DNA from: an uncultured cyanobacterium
GTDB lineage: Bacteria; Cyanobacteriota; Cyanobacteriia; Cyanobacteriales; Nostocaceae
NCBI GenBank assembly: GCA_963740315.1
Contig: CAVUDP010000002.1
Location: forward strand, 3,488,001-3,552,000
Direction: 5' to 3'
Length of the DNA stretch: 64,000 nt
In this document: positions 10,545 through 21,347 of the stretch, piece by piece
How the letters are laid out: every line of letters starts with the position of its first letter
Numbering within the stretch: position 1 is the stretch's first letter
Notes under the pieces: generated by a model
Database searches by the model: none
Seen by the model: the letters and a program-made list of their open reading frames with translations, nothing else
What the model was told of the DNA's origin: nothing
Program-made: the position numbers and the translations under genes

Positions 10545-13500
10545 TTAATTATAAGCTCCTAATTCCTTTAAACTTGCAATAGTTGAAGCGTTCAAACCCG
10601 TAACTCCTGCGATATTAACTTTTTCGACATGGCGATCGCCTTTCAAAAATGCAACTATCTTGCCCGTTTTAATATCCCAAATTTGAACAACTTCGCTATC
10701 TCTACCTACAGCTAATAAATTTGAATCTTTACTAAAAGCGAGACTCCAAGGTGAAGAAAAGTTTTGCTGTAATATGGCAATAGATTTATTATTGTTGATA
10801 TCCCATACAGTTACAGTGCCGTCGTAACTTCCATAAGCGATATTCCCATCATGACTAAAAGCTATCGAAACAATTGGTTTTCCAAAGCTTCCTAAAGTCT
10901 GTATGCATTGACCATTATTTGTATCCCAAAGTTTGACAATACCGCTAGTATGTCCGCTAGCTAAAATTAAACCGTTGCAATTAAATTTAATAGTATAAGA
11001 AGCTTTTTCTTGGATTGTTCGATCGCATTCTCCTGTTTCAATATTCCAAAGTTTAATAGTCGAATGACCACCACAACTAGCAATTGTATTTCCATCCGGG
11101 CTAAATGCAACTGAAAGTATCGGACGATTATGACCGAAGAAGGTTTTTAAACACTGTCCTGTTTGAGAATTCCAAATTTTTACAGTTCTATCGCTGCTAC
11201 CACTAACTATTTTTGTACCATCTGGATTAAAGGCGATCGCCCAAATGTTATCATCATGTCCTGTAAGGATTTTACTTGGTATTTGATGGCTTTTATTTAA
11301 AGATTCTACCTGCCAAATTCGGATAACATTATTATCATTACCAATATTTGCACAAGCTATTGTTTTCTCATCGGAACTAACAATTACTGAAGAAATCCAG
11401 TCTTTAGTTTGAAAAAGAGTTGATACACATTTGTGAGAATCAATATTCCAAAATTTAATTGAATGTTGACTACCGCTAACAATTATCTGATTATCGCTGC
11501 TAAGTATCACAGAATGAACAAAGTCTGCACGTCCTTGTAAAGTTTTTAGACATTTTCCTGTAGTGATATCCCAAATCTTTACCGTTCTATCAACACTAGC
11601 AGTTGCTAATATTTGATTTGTATTGCTGAAAGTTATAGCGTTAATTTCTGAAAGATGTCCCGACAAACTTTGTAAATATAAACCTGTATCAATATCCCAA
11701 ACTTTAATTATTTTTTCTCCGCTACCAGTCGCTATATATTGTCCGTTACGATTAATATCAATCAAGGAGATATTATAACTTTGAGATTGTATTTGTATGG
11801 ATTCAGAATTATCTAAATTCCAAATTTTCACAATCTTATCTTTAATACCGCAAGCTATAATTTGATTATCATCAGTAACTCTAACCGATAAAACAACATC
11901 GCTACTAGTTGAAAACTGATTTATAAATTCATAATTATTTAAATCCCAGATATAAACCACACCATCTTCACAACCAAAGGTCAAAATATCAGCTTGAGAT
12001 GAAATTAGAGAGCAAATACGACTTTGGGATTCGATTAATATACGATAGTTACCCGTCTCCAAATCCCAAATTAATATTTGTTTGTTCGAGTAACCAAATA
12101 ACTTATTTCCATCTAAATTAAAAACAAGATTTTTAACTACACCTTGATTCGGTGAATTTAACGTTAAAATACATTGTCCAGTAGAAGCATCCCATATTTT
12201 CACCGTTCTATCTCGACTCGAACTAGCTATTTTTGAATTATCGGAACTAAAAGCAACCGACTCAACTATAGTTTTATGTGCTTGATGTTGAAAAATGTTT
12301 TGATTTTCTTGCCATTTCCACAAACAAACCTCACCATCAATACTTCCTGTAACTAAAAATTCTCCATTATTATTAAAAGCAAGACTAAAAATAATTCCAA
12401 AGCTATTGGTAAAAGTTGATTTTATAAAATTACTATGACTAAAATCAATATTACTTAAATTGATTCCTTGTAAATTAGCTTGTTGAATATTCAGATTAGA
12501 AAAATCTTTATGACTAATTGTTTCCGTTACTTGAGATAGTAAATTGATTATATTTCCTACAACATAACCTGTAAAATACTGCGATTTACCTCGAAAATCA
12601 TCTAAAATATTTGTTAAATGAGCTTCAATTTGATTGTTGTTTCCCAAAAACATTTTTAAACGTTCAATAATTGGTTTGATAATTAAACGTTTTTGTATAT
12701 CTTGAATATAATCCGGTGAACTAGCTTTTAATAAAGCATGGCTTTTAAATAATGAAATATCCCCAGAAATAATTTCTTGATATATTCTATCGATGAAATT
12801 TATAGTCACATATTCCATGACTACAGGTTGAAGCGAAAATTTAGAGTTGTTTTGCTCAATCAAAGAACGACGATTTAATGATTCTAGTATTTCTAGTAAG
12901 TTAGAATATTGATTTTGACTAAAATCTTGCAATTCTTTTAAATCCACAGCACCTTGATGAATTGCTAACCGATATAATAAAGATTTTTCTAATTCCGATA
13001 AACGATTAAATTGCTGTTTTATCAGATTGCGAACATCACCGAATACCGTACTCCCTTGAGCGATAAAATTATAAATATTTCCATCAAATAAATCTAAAAC
13101 TGTAGTAGCAATGATTTTAAGATATAAAGGATTTGCACCATAGTTAATAGTTAACTGTTCCCAGTTTAAATCTATAGCATCAGTAATTCCCTTTGCTTTA
13201 AAAATTTCCTTGACTTCCGGAATACCCAAACCACCAACTTGTAAACAACGAACTGGTAATTCCTTCCCTTCAATAGCAGCAATTTCTTTTGGTTTTTCCC
13301 TAGAAGTAATCAACAAGCAACTTTGATGTTGTGTTTCTCCTAATTTTTGAAAAATTTCCTCATATCCTTCATAACCTGATAAATAATTCCCTGCATAATT
13401 ACTATCAGAGAAAACAGCATCAACATTATCGAAAACTACTAAGCAGCGTTGATTTTTTAAATAGGATAGTAGTTGATTTATTAAAACAGTAATATTTTTA

Positions 13501-14069
13501 GTTAAATCAATTTCTTCCCCATTCGATAAAACTTGTAATAAATTAGTAATAATTTCTAACGGTGGTGGAGCATTTCGCAAAGAAAACCAAATTGTAAAAT
13601 CAAAATTATCTCTAAGATTTTGAATTAATTTAGCTGATAAACTTGTTTTCCCAATACCACCAATACCGACTAATGTAATTAAACGACAGCAATCAGTTCT
13701 AATCCACTTTTCTAGTATATTTAATTCTTCAGTACGTCCGTAAAAAATAGAAACATCCGGTGCTTCACTACAAAAATGCTTATGTTGTTTATGATTATTT
13801 CTTAAATTAAACTTTGTATAATCACTTTTATCCAACTCTAAATTCAAATTACGAAAAAATCTTTCTAAAGTACGTCTATCAACACCAACCTCTCGACGTA
13901 AAACCTTAGAAATCGTAGCTGGATCTAGTTGAGTAATTTCAATTAAAGCCTCAATCGTTAATGGTTTATCAGAATTAATTTTATTTTGCCATTCTTGCAA
14001 AGCTTTTTGTAATTTCTCCCATCCTTGACTCGTTAAAACAACTCCTCTACCCCTTTTTTGTCCGTTCAT
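10545..14069 (-). CDS. HTH + NB-ARC/NACHT (STAND) ATPase + pentapeptide linker + WD40 repeats
   Basis: N-terminal RGVVLTSQGWEKL...LDPATISKVL HTH; FYGRTEEL; Walker A GIGGIGKTSL; Walker B LVVFDNVD; LLITSRE; many GH...S.DRTVKIWD repeats. Confidence 0.92.
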   Translation of the reverse strand: MNGQKRGRGVVLTSQGWEKLQKALQEWQNKINSDKPLTIEALIEITQLDPATISKVLRREVGVDRRTLERFFRNLNLELDKSDYTKFNLRNNHKQHKHFCSEAPDVSIFYGRTEELNILEKWIRTDCCRLITLVGIGGIGKTSLSAKLIQNLRDNFDFTIWFSLRNAPPPLEIITNLLQVLSNGEEIDLTKNITVLINQLLSYLKNQRCLVVFDNVDAVFSDSNYAGNYLSGYEGYEEIFQKLGETQHQSCLLITSREKPKEIAAIEGKELPVRCLQVGGLGIPEVKEIFKAKGITDAIDLNWEQLTINYGANPLYLKIIATTVLDLFDGNIYNFIAQGSTVFGDVRNLIKQQFNRLSELEKSLLYRLAIHQGAVDLKELQDFSQNQYSNLLEILESLNRRSLIEQNNSKFSLQPVVMEYVTINFIDRIYQEIISGDISLFKSHALLKASSPDYIQDIQKRLIIKPIIERLKMFLGNNNQIEAHLTNILDDFRGKSQYFTGYVVGNIINLLSQVTETISHKDFSNLNIQQANLQGINLSNIDFSHSNFIKSTFTNSFGIIFSLAFNNNGEFLVTGSIDGEVCLWKWQENQNIFQHQAHKTIVESVAFSSDNSKIASSSRDRTVKIWDASTGQCILTLNSPNQGVVKNLVFNLDGNKLFGYSNKQILIWDLETGNYRILIESQSRICSLISSQADILTFGCEDGVVYIWDLNNYEFINQFSTSSDVVLSVRVTDDNQIIACGIKDKIVKIWNLDNSESIQIQSQSYNISLIDINRNGQYIATGSGEKIIKVWDIDTGLYLQSLSGHLSEINAITFSNTNQILATASVDRTVKIWDITTGKCLKTLQGRADFVHSVILSSDNQIIVSGSQHSIKFWNIDSHKCVSTLFQTKDWISSVIVSSDEKTIACANIGNDNNVIRIWQVESLNKSHQIPSKILTGHDDNIWAIAFNPDGTKIVSGSSDRTVKIWNSQTGQCLKTFFGHNRPILSVAFSPDGNTIASCGGHSTIKLWNIETGECDRTIQEKASYTIKFNCNGLILASGHTSGIVKLWDTNNGQCIQTLGSFGKPIVSIAFSHDGNIAYGSYDGTVTVWDINNNKSIAILQQNFSSPWSLAFSKDSNLLAVGRDSEVVQIWDIKTGKIVAFLKGDRHVEKVNIAGVTGLNASTIASLKELGAYN

Positions 14070-14112
14070 AATTATATTTTATCTGGAAGTTATGGATTTT
14101 GTTAAGCCTAAT

Positions 14113-14261
14113 TTAGCCAGGGACTGCAAGTCCCTGTCTAATAGCAAAAGTCCTATAAATAGGACTAGAACAATACCAAACATACTTAATTGAATGGATG
14201 ATTGGTTAGTCGTCAAAAGAGCGACTTTAGCTATTAGACGGGGGTTTTCAACCCCCGGCGG
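14113..14261. repeat. Inverted pair of double-hairpin repeats
   Basis: cagggactgcaagtccctg-taatagcaaaagtcctataaataggact with an inverted counterpart at about 14207-14261; family members at 6506-6558, 15300-15352 and 32576-32629. Confidence 0.75.
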
Positions 14262-14474
14262 ACTTATTTCCTTAACTTCCCGAACTTCCCTGGTGCTGAA
14301 AATTAAGAAATGACATAATGCTTATAGATGAAATTACAAATAAACCACAGTTCGCAGCTATTAATTAGATTATTCCCAAATAATTAAAGCGCTGTATCAA
14401 CTGCTGCAAAATATACTATTTATTTGCCAATTTGTAATTGTTCGGTATTTATTTATAGCTTGTAAGAGGTAATT

Positions 14475-15266
14475 ATGAATCCTATCAACACCGAAAAACT
14501 ACCACTTTGGGTACAAAATCGCGACACCGTATTAAAGTCTGACAAAAACGTACAGTGGCGTTATGGTAAACAACCAGATTATACTTACTCTAACGAGAAC
14601 CTAGCCAAAGAAAGTACGCAAAATCACCCCGGAAATTCCTTAGAAGCACTCGTACAAAACTTAGTCAGAACATTCGATGTTGAAGCCAATTTCAAAACTA
14701 ATCCTCAGCAGTGGATATCCGTCGTTCAAGATAAGTTTCGCATGAGTACTAACGGTGGAACTAACTATAAATTAGAAGACTTATTAGAATCCGGTACTTA
14801 TAAGCTATTAATTGGTAACACCGAACATTACAAAGCATCAGAAGAAGATTTTGAAACTTCTACTCATCTTTTTCACTCTGCATTCCCCGAAGGCTTTTTA
14901 TGGGAAGTTATAGAAGTATATTCTGCACCACCAACCATTGCTTTTAAATGGAGACATTGGGGACATTTTCGAGGAGCTTATAAAGATTATCTTCCCACTG
15001 GTGAAACAATTGAAGTAATTGGAATGAGTATTGTTAAAGTGAGTGATGATTTAAAAATATTGTCATTGGAACATTTTTACGACAATAATAAATTTTTAGA
15101 CAAGCTTACATCTGGTGGTAAAAAATCAGCAGGAGCAACACAAACACCACCATCCTTACAGCAGAAATTTTGGGGTTTTATCAAACAGCTTTTGCAACCA
15201 AAATTGAAACCAGCAACCGCAAATTCACAAGTTAGTCGCTGTCCTTTTGCGGGTTTAATACGGTAA
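14475..15266 (+). CDS. SnoaL-like/ester cyclase (pathogenesis-related family) protein
   Basis: WRYGKQPDY, SLEALVQNLVRTF, GTYKLL, FHSAFPEGFLWEVIEVYSAPPTIAFKWRHWGHFRG, PTGETIEVIG. Confidence 0.8.
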   Translation: MNPINTEKLPLWVQNRDTVLKSDKNVQWRYGKQPDYTYSNENLAKESTQNHPGNSLEALVQNLVRTFDVEANFKTNPQQWISVVQDKFRMSTNGGTNYKLEDLLESGTYKLLIGNTEHYKASEEDFETSTHLFHSAFPEGFLWEVIEVYSAPPTIAFKWRHWGHFRGAYKDYLPTGETIEVIGMSIVKVSDDLKILSLEHFYDNNKFLDKLTSGGKKSAGATQTPPSLQQKFWGFIKQLLQPKLKPATANSQVSRCPFAGLIR

Positions 15267-15550
15267 TTTATATCGTAATTATTCGATTGTTTTCATATCC
15301 ACTGGGGGTTGCAAACCCCCAGCTAATAGCAAAAGTCCATTGAAATGGACTGATTACTTAAAATCAATTTATAGTCATATTAGTTACTGTCTTTTATCAA
15401 GTATTTGCTCATAAAATTTTAAATATAATCACTCCTATCCCATCATAAAATTACTATCCCTCTTTCCATTCTTCCTCTGCGTTCTCTGTGTCTCTGTGGT
15501 TTTTTTCTCGATAATATTTTAGGAGAAAAAAACTAGTTAAAGAAGCATCC

Positions 15551-16675
15551 CTAATACAATTCATATTTCATCAACTGACAGGGCAAAGTGCCGTTATATA
15601 CCGCTATCCTCTGCGATGATTTCAAACCAATATATTTAGCTAATTCTTTATTTCCACTCAACACAAATGCAGTCCAACCTTTAAAACGCTGCTTCATCAC
15701 ATCGCCCAAAAGCTTATAAAATGCTCCTAAATCGCTATTTCTTCCCAAACGTTCTCCATAAGGTGGATTGCAAAATAAAACCCCACTGTCTGCGGGTGCT
15801 GCAACATCGGCAAGCTCCATCTGAGAAAAATAAATATGATTCTCAACACCGCTGTTTGTCGCATTTGTGTTTGCTTGCTCGATGACATCTTCATTATTAT
15901 CGCTTCCCCAAATCGATGCAGGCAGCGTATCTAACTGACTGGCTTGTGCTTCTGCGATTAACTTTTCCAAAAGCGACAAATCAAAATCTCGCCAAGTTTC
16001 AAAACCAAAAGATTCCCGAAATAAACCTGGTGCAATATTTAGCGACTTTAAACAGGCTTCTATCGGTAAAGTACCTGAGCCACAAAGCGGATCGTAGAAC
16101 ATCTGTTCCGGTTGCCAGCCAGAAAGTTGAATCAAAGCAGCCGCTAGAGATTCCTTGAGGGGTGCCGCTCCAACAGCAGGGCGATAACCCCGGCGATGTA
16201 AACTACTACCGGAACTATCAAGACTAACAGTACAAACATCATTGCGGATATGTACGTTAACCCGTAAATCTGGATTGTAAAGCTCAACATTAGAACGTTC
16301 CCCAAAAACTTCCTGCTGTCGATCAACGATCGCGTTTTTGACAGTCAGCGCTGTAAAGTGAGTGTGGTTGAGTTCCTCGTTTTTACCAGTAGCATTTACC
16401 GCTAAAGTATCTTCCGGTGTGAGATAATCTTGCCATTCAATGGTTTGAATACCGTTATAAAGGTCTTTTGGAGTTTTGCAAGGAAAAGAATGCACCTTAA
16501 ATAAAATGCGGAAAGGTAGCCTAGCCCAGAGATTCACCCGATAAAGTAGAGTGCGATCGCCACTAAATTCAACACCGCAAAACCCAGGCTCCACCGAACT
16601 TGCACCCAATTGTTCTAATTCCTTAGCAGCTAATTCTTCCAATCCACGGGCAACCGTTGCAAAATACTGATTCAT
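15551..16675 (-). CDS. THUMP-domain RNA methyltransferase (RlmL/YpsC-like)
   Basis: SLDSSGSSLHRRGYR, APLKESLAAA, DPLCGSGTLPIEA, NPPYGERL. Confidence 0.92.
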   Translation of the reverse strand: MNQYFATVARGLEELAAKELEQLGASSVEPGFCGVEFSGDRTLLYRVNLWARLPFRILFKVHSFPCKTPKDLYNGIQTIEWQDYLTPEDTLAVNATGKNEELNHTHFTALTVKNAIVDRQQEVFGERSNVELYNPDLRVNVHIRNDVCTVSLDSSGSSLHRRGYRPAVGAAPLKESLAAALIQLSGWQPEQMFYDPLCGSGTLPIEACLKSLNIAPGLFRESFGFETWRDFDLSLLEKLIAEAQASQLDTLPASIWGSDNNEDVIEQANTNATNSGVENHIYFSQMELADVAAPADSGVLFCNPPYGERLGRNSDLGAFYKLLGDVMKQRFKGWTAFVLSGNKELAKYIGLKSSQRIAVYNGTLPCQLMKYELY

Positions 16676-16754
16676 TTATTGAAGTAATTATTTAAAAGTT
16701 AATAGAGAAACAGTAAAACATATAATTTAATTAAACAATTAATTACACAATAAA

Positions 16755-17474
16755 TTAACCGATTTCTTTAATTAGCGAAACTACCACAGATAATACTATA
16801 GTAATAAATACGAAAATTTCGATAATTTCAAGTAACGTCATAGATGATAGCCATTGCTTAACCATCGCGACATTAAAATTAGAACGCCAATTAGAAAGAT
16901 GTTTGCGCCACAAAGCAGGACTATCCTTACTACGAAATCGCCAATTAAACATTGATAAAATTAACGGTACACCTCCAACCTTAATACTCATCAACAAATG
17001 AAGCGCGATACAAGTTACTAAAACAAGCCAAGAAACAAGATGAGCATAGTACCAACGATGATTCAACTCTCCTTGAGGTAGCCACTTTTCGTCCATCATT
17101 CTGCCGGAAGAAACAGCAAAAGTTACTGCCAAAATACTCAAAGTATTAACTAAACGATGCAGAGTATACCACCAGATTGGTTGTCCAAATTTGGTTAGTT
17201 TATCCAAAGAATCCGGCTGAATTAATCTTCTTTGACCTCGACGAAAAGCATAAATAGCAAATAGAGGAAATATGAGAAATGTGCATACCCCAAACGTTCC
17301 ATGAATACCTTCAATTTCTGTAAATTTAGGTAATGATATTGTCCCCCAACGTCCATCGAAAACATCGTAAGTCCAAAAAGCAGTAATAATAGCTGCGATC
17401 GTAAATAAGCCAGTTAAACCGTGAAGAATACGTAGCAATAACGGTTGATAAGGTTGAGAAAATTTCGCCGACAT
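16755..17474 (-). CDS. Cytochrome b/b6-domain membrane protein
   Basis: YQPLLLRILHG, GIHGTFG, WWYTLHRLVNT, WYYAHL...ALHLLM; four TM histidines. Confidence 0.8.
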   Translation of the reverse strand: MSAKFSQPYQPLLLRILHGLTGLFTIAAIITAFWTYDVFDGRWGTISLPKFTEIEGIHGTFGVCTFLIFPLFAIYAFRRGQRRLIQPDSLDKLTKFGQPIWWYTLHRLVNTLSILAVTFAVSSGRMMDEKWLPQGELNHRWYYAHLVSWLVLVTCIALHLLMSIKVGGVPLILSMFNWRFRSKDSPALWRKHLSNWRSNFNVAMVKQWLSSMTLLEIIEIFVFITIVLSVVVSLIKEIG

Positions 17475-17715
17475 AGAATTAGCTCATCAAGAATGATTTA
17501 TTAATAATTAGCTAATTATTAGCTATTAATGTATTGTCCCTTGTCGCAACACACCACAATGATTAAAAAAAAGTTATAGAGACATTGCAATGCAACATCT
17601 CTATATTCTTAGCTATTAAGTGAAATAGTGAATCTATATTTTGGCAAGCCGCAACATTAAAAAGTTAGATATTATCGCTTTTATCTAAGTTTTCTACGTT
17701 CGGGATAGCTTTTAA

Positions 17716-18585
17716 CTAGCGGACGTAGAAAAAACTTTGACCGGCACGTTCGGTTTCTACAAAGCCCTGTTTTCGCAAATTTCGGCGCAGTTCGTTGACG
17801 CGGGTAATCCCCAGTATATTTGAATGCACCTCTACAAGAAGCTTACTAACGCTAGAAAGATCCGCAAAGCTTAGAAGCTCGCCTTCGCTGCCTTGCACAT
17901 CCATTATTAATACCGTCGGTTGAATGCGGTGAATTTCATCATTAAGAGACTCGACGGGTATCTCGTAAGCAGTAGTTTCTCCTTGAGCCTCAAGTTTGTA
18001 TGTTGACGAACGAGCAAAGTGTTCCGAAGCATAAAACGTGCGGCTGCCAGAGTTTCTATCGAGCATACACATTTTTATCTGTGGATTCACCTCGTTGAGA
18101 GCGTAGTTATCGTGGATTAAAGATTCCATCGTGGGATTTGCTTCGTAAGAATGGACGCGATCGCCGCCAATTTTTTGGGCGCAGGCGATCGCCAACATTC
18201 CAATACCACCGCCAAGTTCCATGACGATATCGTCAGGTTCAAGCCGATGGATCATCAACTGACGCTCGTGTCGTGTATGCCGACCGCAAAGAAGCTTGTT
18301 TACTTGATATGCTGACATTCTGGGGTCGATACGCATCCGGATGCCTTCTACAGTGGCTACCGTGCCATACATTTCCGGGTCTATTGTTTCCTCTTCTGCG
18401 ACAGTTGGCAGCGGTCGCCCCCGCCGATAAGCTTTCTGTAGGCTGTTATAAAGCGCCGGTGTTGCAGACTCCCAATTTTCAAGAAATTGCCACCAAAGAC
18501 GCTTGACTGGTTTTTTCCGCTGAAGATGGCGTACTAATAAAGCAGCATCCCACCAGTAGGAACGTAAAGTATTGTAGATAGTCAT
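17716..18585 (-). CDS. FkbM family methyltransferase
   Basis: VMELGGGIG, SYEANP, VLIMDVQGSE, LLVEVH. Confidence 0.85.
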   Translation of the reverse strand: MTIYNTLRSYWWDAALLVRHLQRKKPVKRLWWQFLENWESATPALYNSLQKAYRRGRPLPTVAEEETIDPEMYGTVATVEGIRMRIDPRMSAYQVNKLLCGRHTRHERQLMIHRLEPDDIVMELGGGIGMLAIACAQKIGGDRVHSYEANPTMESLIHDNYALNEVNPQIKMCMLDRNSGSRTFYASEHFARSSTYKLEAQGETTAYEIPVESLNDEIHRIQPTVLIMDVQGSEGELLSFADLSSVSKLLVEVHSNILGITRVNELRRNLRKQGFVETERAGQSFFYVR

Positions 18586-18794
18586 CTTTACCTCAATTTA
18601 ACTATGGATTTACGCAGTTTTGTTTACTCCTGCATTCTGACTATAAAAATGTTCTTTCTAAGAATTTTAAAATAGCAAGACGCAGTGTCGGAAAGTTGAT
18701 TAATTCGTGAAGAAAATTGATTTTAACAATATTTTAACAACATAATACTAATAGTAGATTAGCAATAACAATAATCAAAACTGAAAAAATATTG

Positions 18795-19673
18795 CTAACT
18801 TTCAAAGGTATACCCTTCAAGGAAAGGATATAAATTGATTTTGTCTTGAACTTGCTGTTTTAAAGCGTCATTCCACTCTACTTTATGTCGGCTTTTATTT
18901 GGTGATTCAAACACGACGCTTGCACAATCATCCAAATATTTTGATGATGGCTCTACTCCCAACCATAGACACAATTTACTAAGTTGCGTTTTTGGATCTC
19001 TGATAAAATCCTCCTGACGAAGCTCGAATACATTTACTGAATCAGCCATTTCCTTGACCTTAATAACTGATTCACAAACATTGAAATAGCGATCTATAGT
19101 TGCCTCAATAGTTGCTTGAATATCTGACGAATCAGGCTTTGCTTTCCGTTTAGCCATCGTCGCGATGTTATCAAACGGATTGCGAACAACGTGAATAAAT
19201 CGTACTGGTACTTTTACCACATCTCGAAGTTTCTCAAGTAACTCTGGGTTGGAAGCAAGAGTAGTTACCGTATACTCACCATGTTTATCTCCAATAACCC
19301 GAATCTTCTCGAAAGAACCTTGCCATTGATCCGGTACATCATAGGTATATCCGCCCCCACGCTTCCAAGAATGTCCTCTAATTCGAGTCATTTGAAACAG
19401 GAGATAATATAGTGCATCTCGCCCAAAGCCAGCATTAACATATTTTATGTCACGCAGTTCGTGAGACATGACAATATTAGGATGTGCATCAAGTAAAGCC
19501 GCAACTACACTATGTCCGCTTCGAGAATAGCCGATAAATGTACAGTAGGTTTCTATTTCTGCAAATAAATCGGCATATTTATTGCTTATTCCTATAGTTG
19601 CTAAATGAGCTAAACTCGATTGAATTGGCCAGGGAAGTTTTTTACGCTTCTTAAGCAAAAGATTTAATAACAT
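18795..19673 (-). CDS. Sulfotransferase family protein
   Basis: FIGYSRSGHSVVAALLDAHP (5'-PSB-like), IHVVRNPFDNIAT (3'-PB-like), LRQEDFIRDP. Confidence 0.82.
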   Translation of the reverse strand: MLLNLLLKKRKKLPWPIQSSLAHLATIGISNKYADLFAEIETYCTFIGYSRSGHSVVAALLDAHPNIVMSHELRDIKYVNAGFGRDALYYLLFQMTRIRGHSWKRGGGYTYDVPDQWQGSFEKIRVIGDKHGEYTVTTLASNPELLEKLRDVVKVPVRFIHVVRNPFDNIATMAKRKAKPDSSDIQATIEATIDRYFNVCESVIKVKEMADSVNVFELRQEDFIRDPKTQLSKLCLWLGVEPSSKYLDDCASVVFESPNKSRHKVEWNDALKQQVQDKINLYPFLEGYTFES

Positions 19674-19826
19674 TAAGAGTCTTCCGTAAAATGATTAGAA
19701 TTAGAAATTTTTCTTAAACTAAGCTGATGTGCAGTTAAATTGTATAAAACAAAATTTTGAAATTATTGTAGTGCGGACATCTTGTCCGCTTCTTGTCTAC
19801 ATAAATACGCAACAGCTTACTTTTTA

Positions 19827-21125
19827 CTAGTCTGCTATTCTCCAGCTTCGAGGTTGATAGAATATGCAACGACTGTTATTTGTTTTGGAGTCTACACGAA
19901 ATCTAAAAGAGCGGACAACATCAAAGGAACGTACTCCCTGCTTAACATATATTTTGGCGCTGTAAACACCTTGAATTAGACAGCAGTAAGGCATATACAT
20001 TTGTAGTTCTGACTCTCCACAAGGCACATTCAAACTGGCATTATCATTAACAGAAGTAAGGTTGAGAATGCGATTACTTTCTCCCGATAAAGATGTTACT
20101 AGAAAACCAAGATTAACCGAACTAATATCTTCATATGCTTTACATTTGACACAAAAATAAGCTGGTTCTCCAGTAGAAGGATATTCAATTATATTTTGTT
20201 GTTCATCCCTAAAAAAAAGAGATAAAATATCTAAACCTAAACTTTCATGCCTTGGTTTTTCTGGTAAAGTCATCATTCCAGGCACGGGACTAGTTCCATG
20301 TAAAGATAAATCCTTTTCATATTGACGAATAATTGATTCTGTTTCCCCCGCCATCATTAATTTGCCTTTTTGCAAATAAATAGAGTGTTCGCAAACATTC
20401 AAAACAGTGTATGGGTTGTGGGAAACTAAAATAAATGCTGTGCCATTTTCTTTTAATTTAGCCAGCCGATGATGACACTTCATTTTGAATTTTACGTCAC
20501 CAACAGCTAAAACTTCATCAATTAATAAAATCTCTGGTTCGACATGAATTGCACAAGCAAAACCCAATCGCGCAGCCATTCCAGAACTGTATGTTTGAAC
20601 GGGAGCATCGATCGCATCTTGAATTTCTGCAAACTCAACTACTTCTTCAAATCTTTTTTCAATTTCTTGGGTTGATAAACCTAAAATTGCCATATTGGCA
20701 TAAATATTTTCTCGTCCTGTTAAAATTGGATTAAAGCCTGCTCCTAACGCAATTAAAGGAGCAATTCGACCTCGAACTTTAACCAAACCAGTATCGGGTT
20801 TAATCAAACCACTCAGAATGCGTAATAAAGTACTTTTCCCTGCACCATTAGCTCCTACTAAACCCACTGCTTCTTTGGCTCGTAGTTCAAAGCTGACATC
20901 CTCTAATGCCCAAAATTCTTTTTTGCGTAAAGCATGACTCTGCCGTTGTCCACCTCTTAAGTCAGTTAAGATATCACCAACACCATAAAACAAAGACTGC
21001 TTTAAATCCCGACAAAATTTTTTAGACACTCCATTGACAGAAATCAACACATCTGAATTAAGAGTGGAAGACAAAACTTCTTGATTTGACAAATTTTCTG
21101 CTGTCCCTGCTTCGTCTATAGTCAT
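19827..21125 (-). CDS. wzt: Polysaccharide ABC exporter ATP-binding subunit with C-terminal extension (Wzt)
   Basis: FWALEDVSF, GANGAGKST, LGAGFNPILTGRENI, YSSGMAARLGF, IDEVLAVGD, plus a ~150 aa beta-rich C-terminal domain. Confidence 0.9.
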   Translation of the reverse strand: MTIDEAGTAENLSNQEVLSSTLNSDVLISVNGVSKKFCRDLKQSLFYGVGDILTDLRGGQRQSHALRKKEFWALEDVSFELRAKEAVGLVGANGAGKSTLLRILSGLIKPDTGLVKVRGRIAPLIALGAGFNPILTGRENIYANMAILGLSTQEIEKRFEEVVEFAEIQDAIDAPVQTYSSGMAARLGFACAIHVEPEILLIDEVLAVGDVKFKMKCHHRLAKLKENGTAFILVSHNPYTVLNVCEHSIYLQKGKLMMAGETESIIRQYEKDLSLHGTSPVPGMMTLPEKPRHESLGLDILSLFFRDEQQNIIEYPSTGEPAYFCVKCKAYEDISSVNLGFLVTSLSGESNRILNLTSVNDNASLNVPCGESELQMYMPYCCLIQGVYSAKIYVKQGVRSFDVVRSFRFRVDSKTNNSRCIFYQPRSWRIAD

Positions 21126-21347
21126 TCGATTTTAGATTTTAGATTTTAGATTTTATATTTACGAAAATAGATTGTTCTTTTCTTGAAAGAGGCTTGCGGA
21201 TTTTAGATTTTAAATTATCCTCAGCTTTCAAGCTAGGGGGTTGTTCTTTAATCTAAAATGCTATAGCCATCTTTTATACTTTTAATTGTGTTGTATTAGG
21301 TAGAATTATTTTTTAGTTGCTAACTCGATTAATTATAATTACATCGA

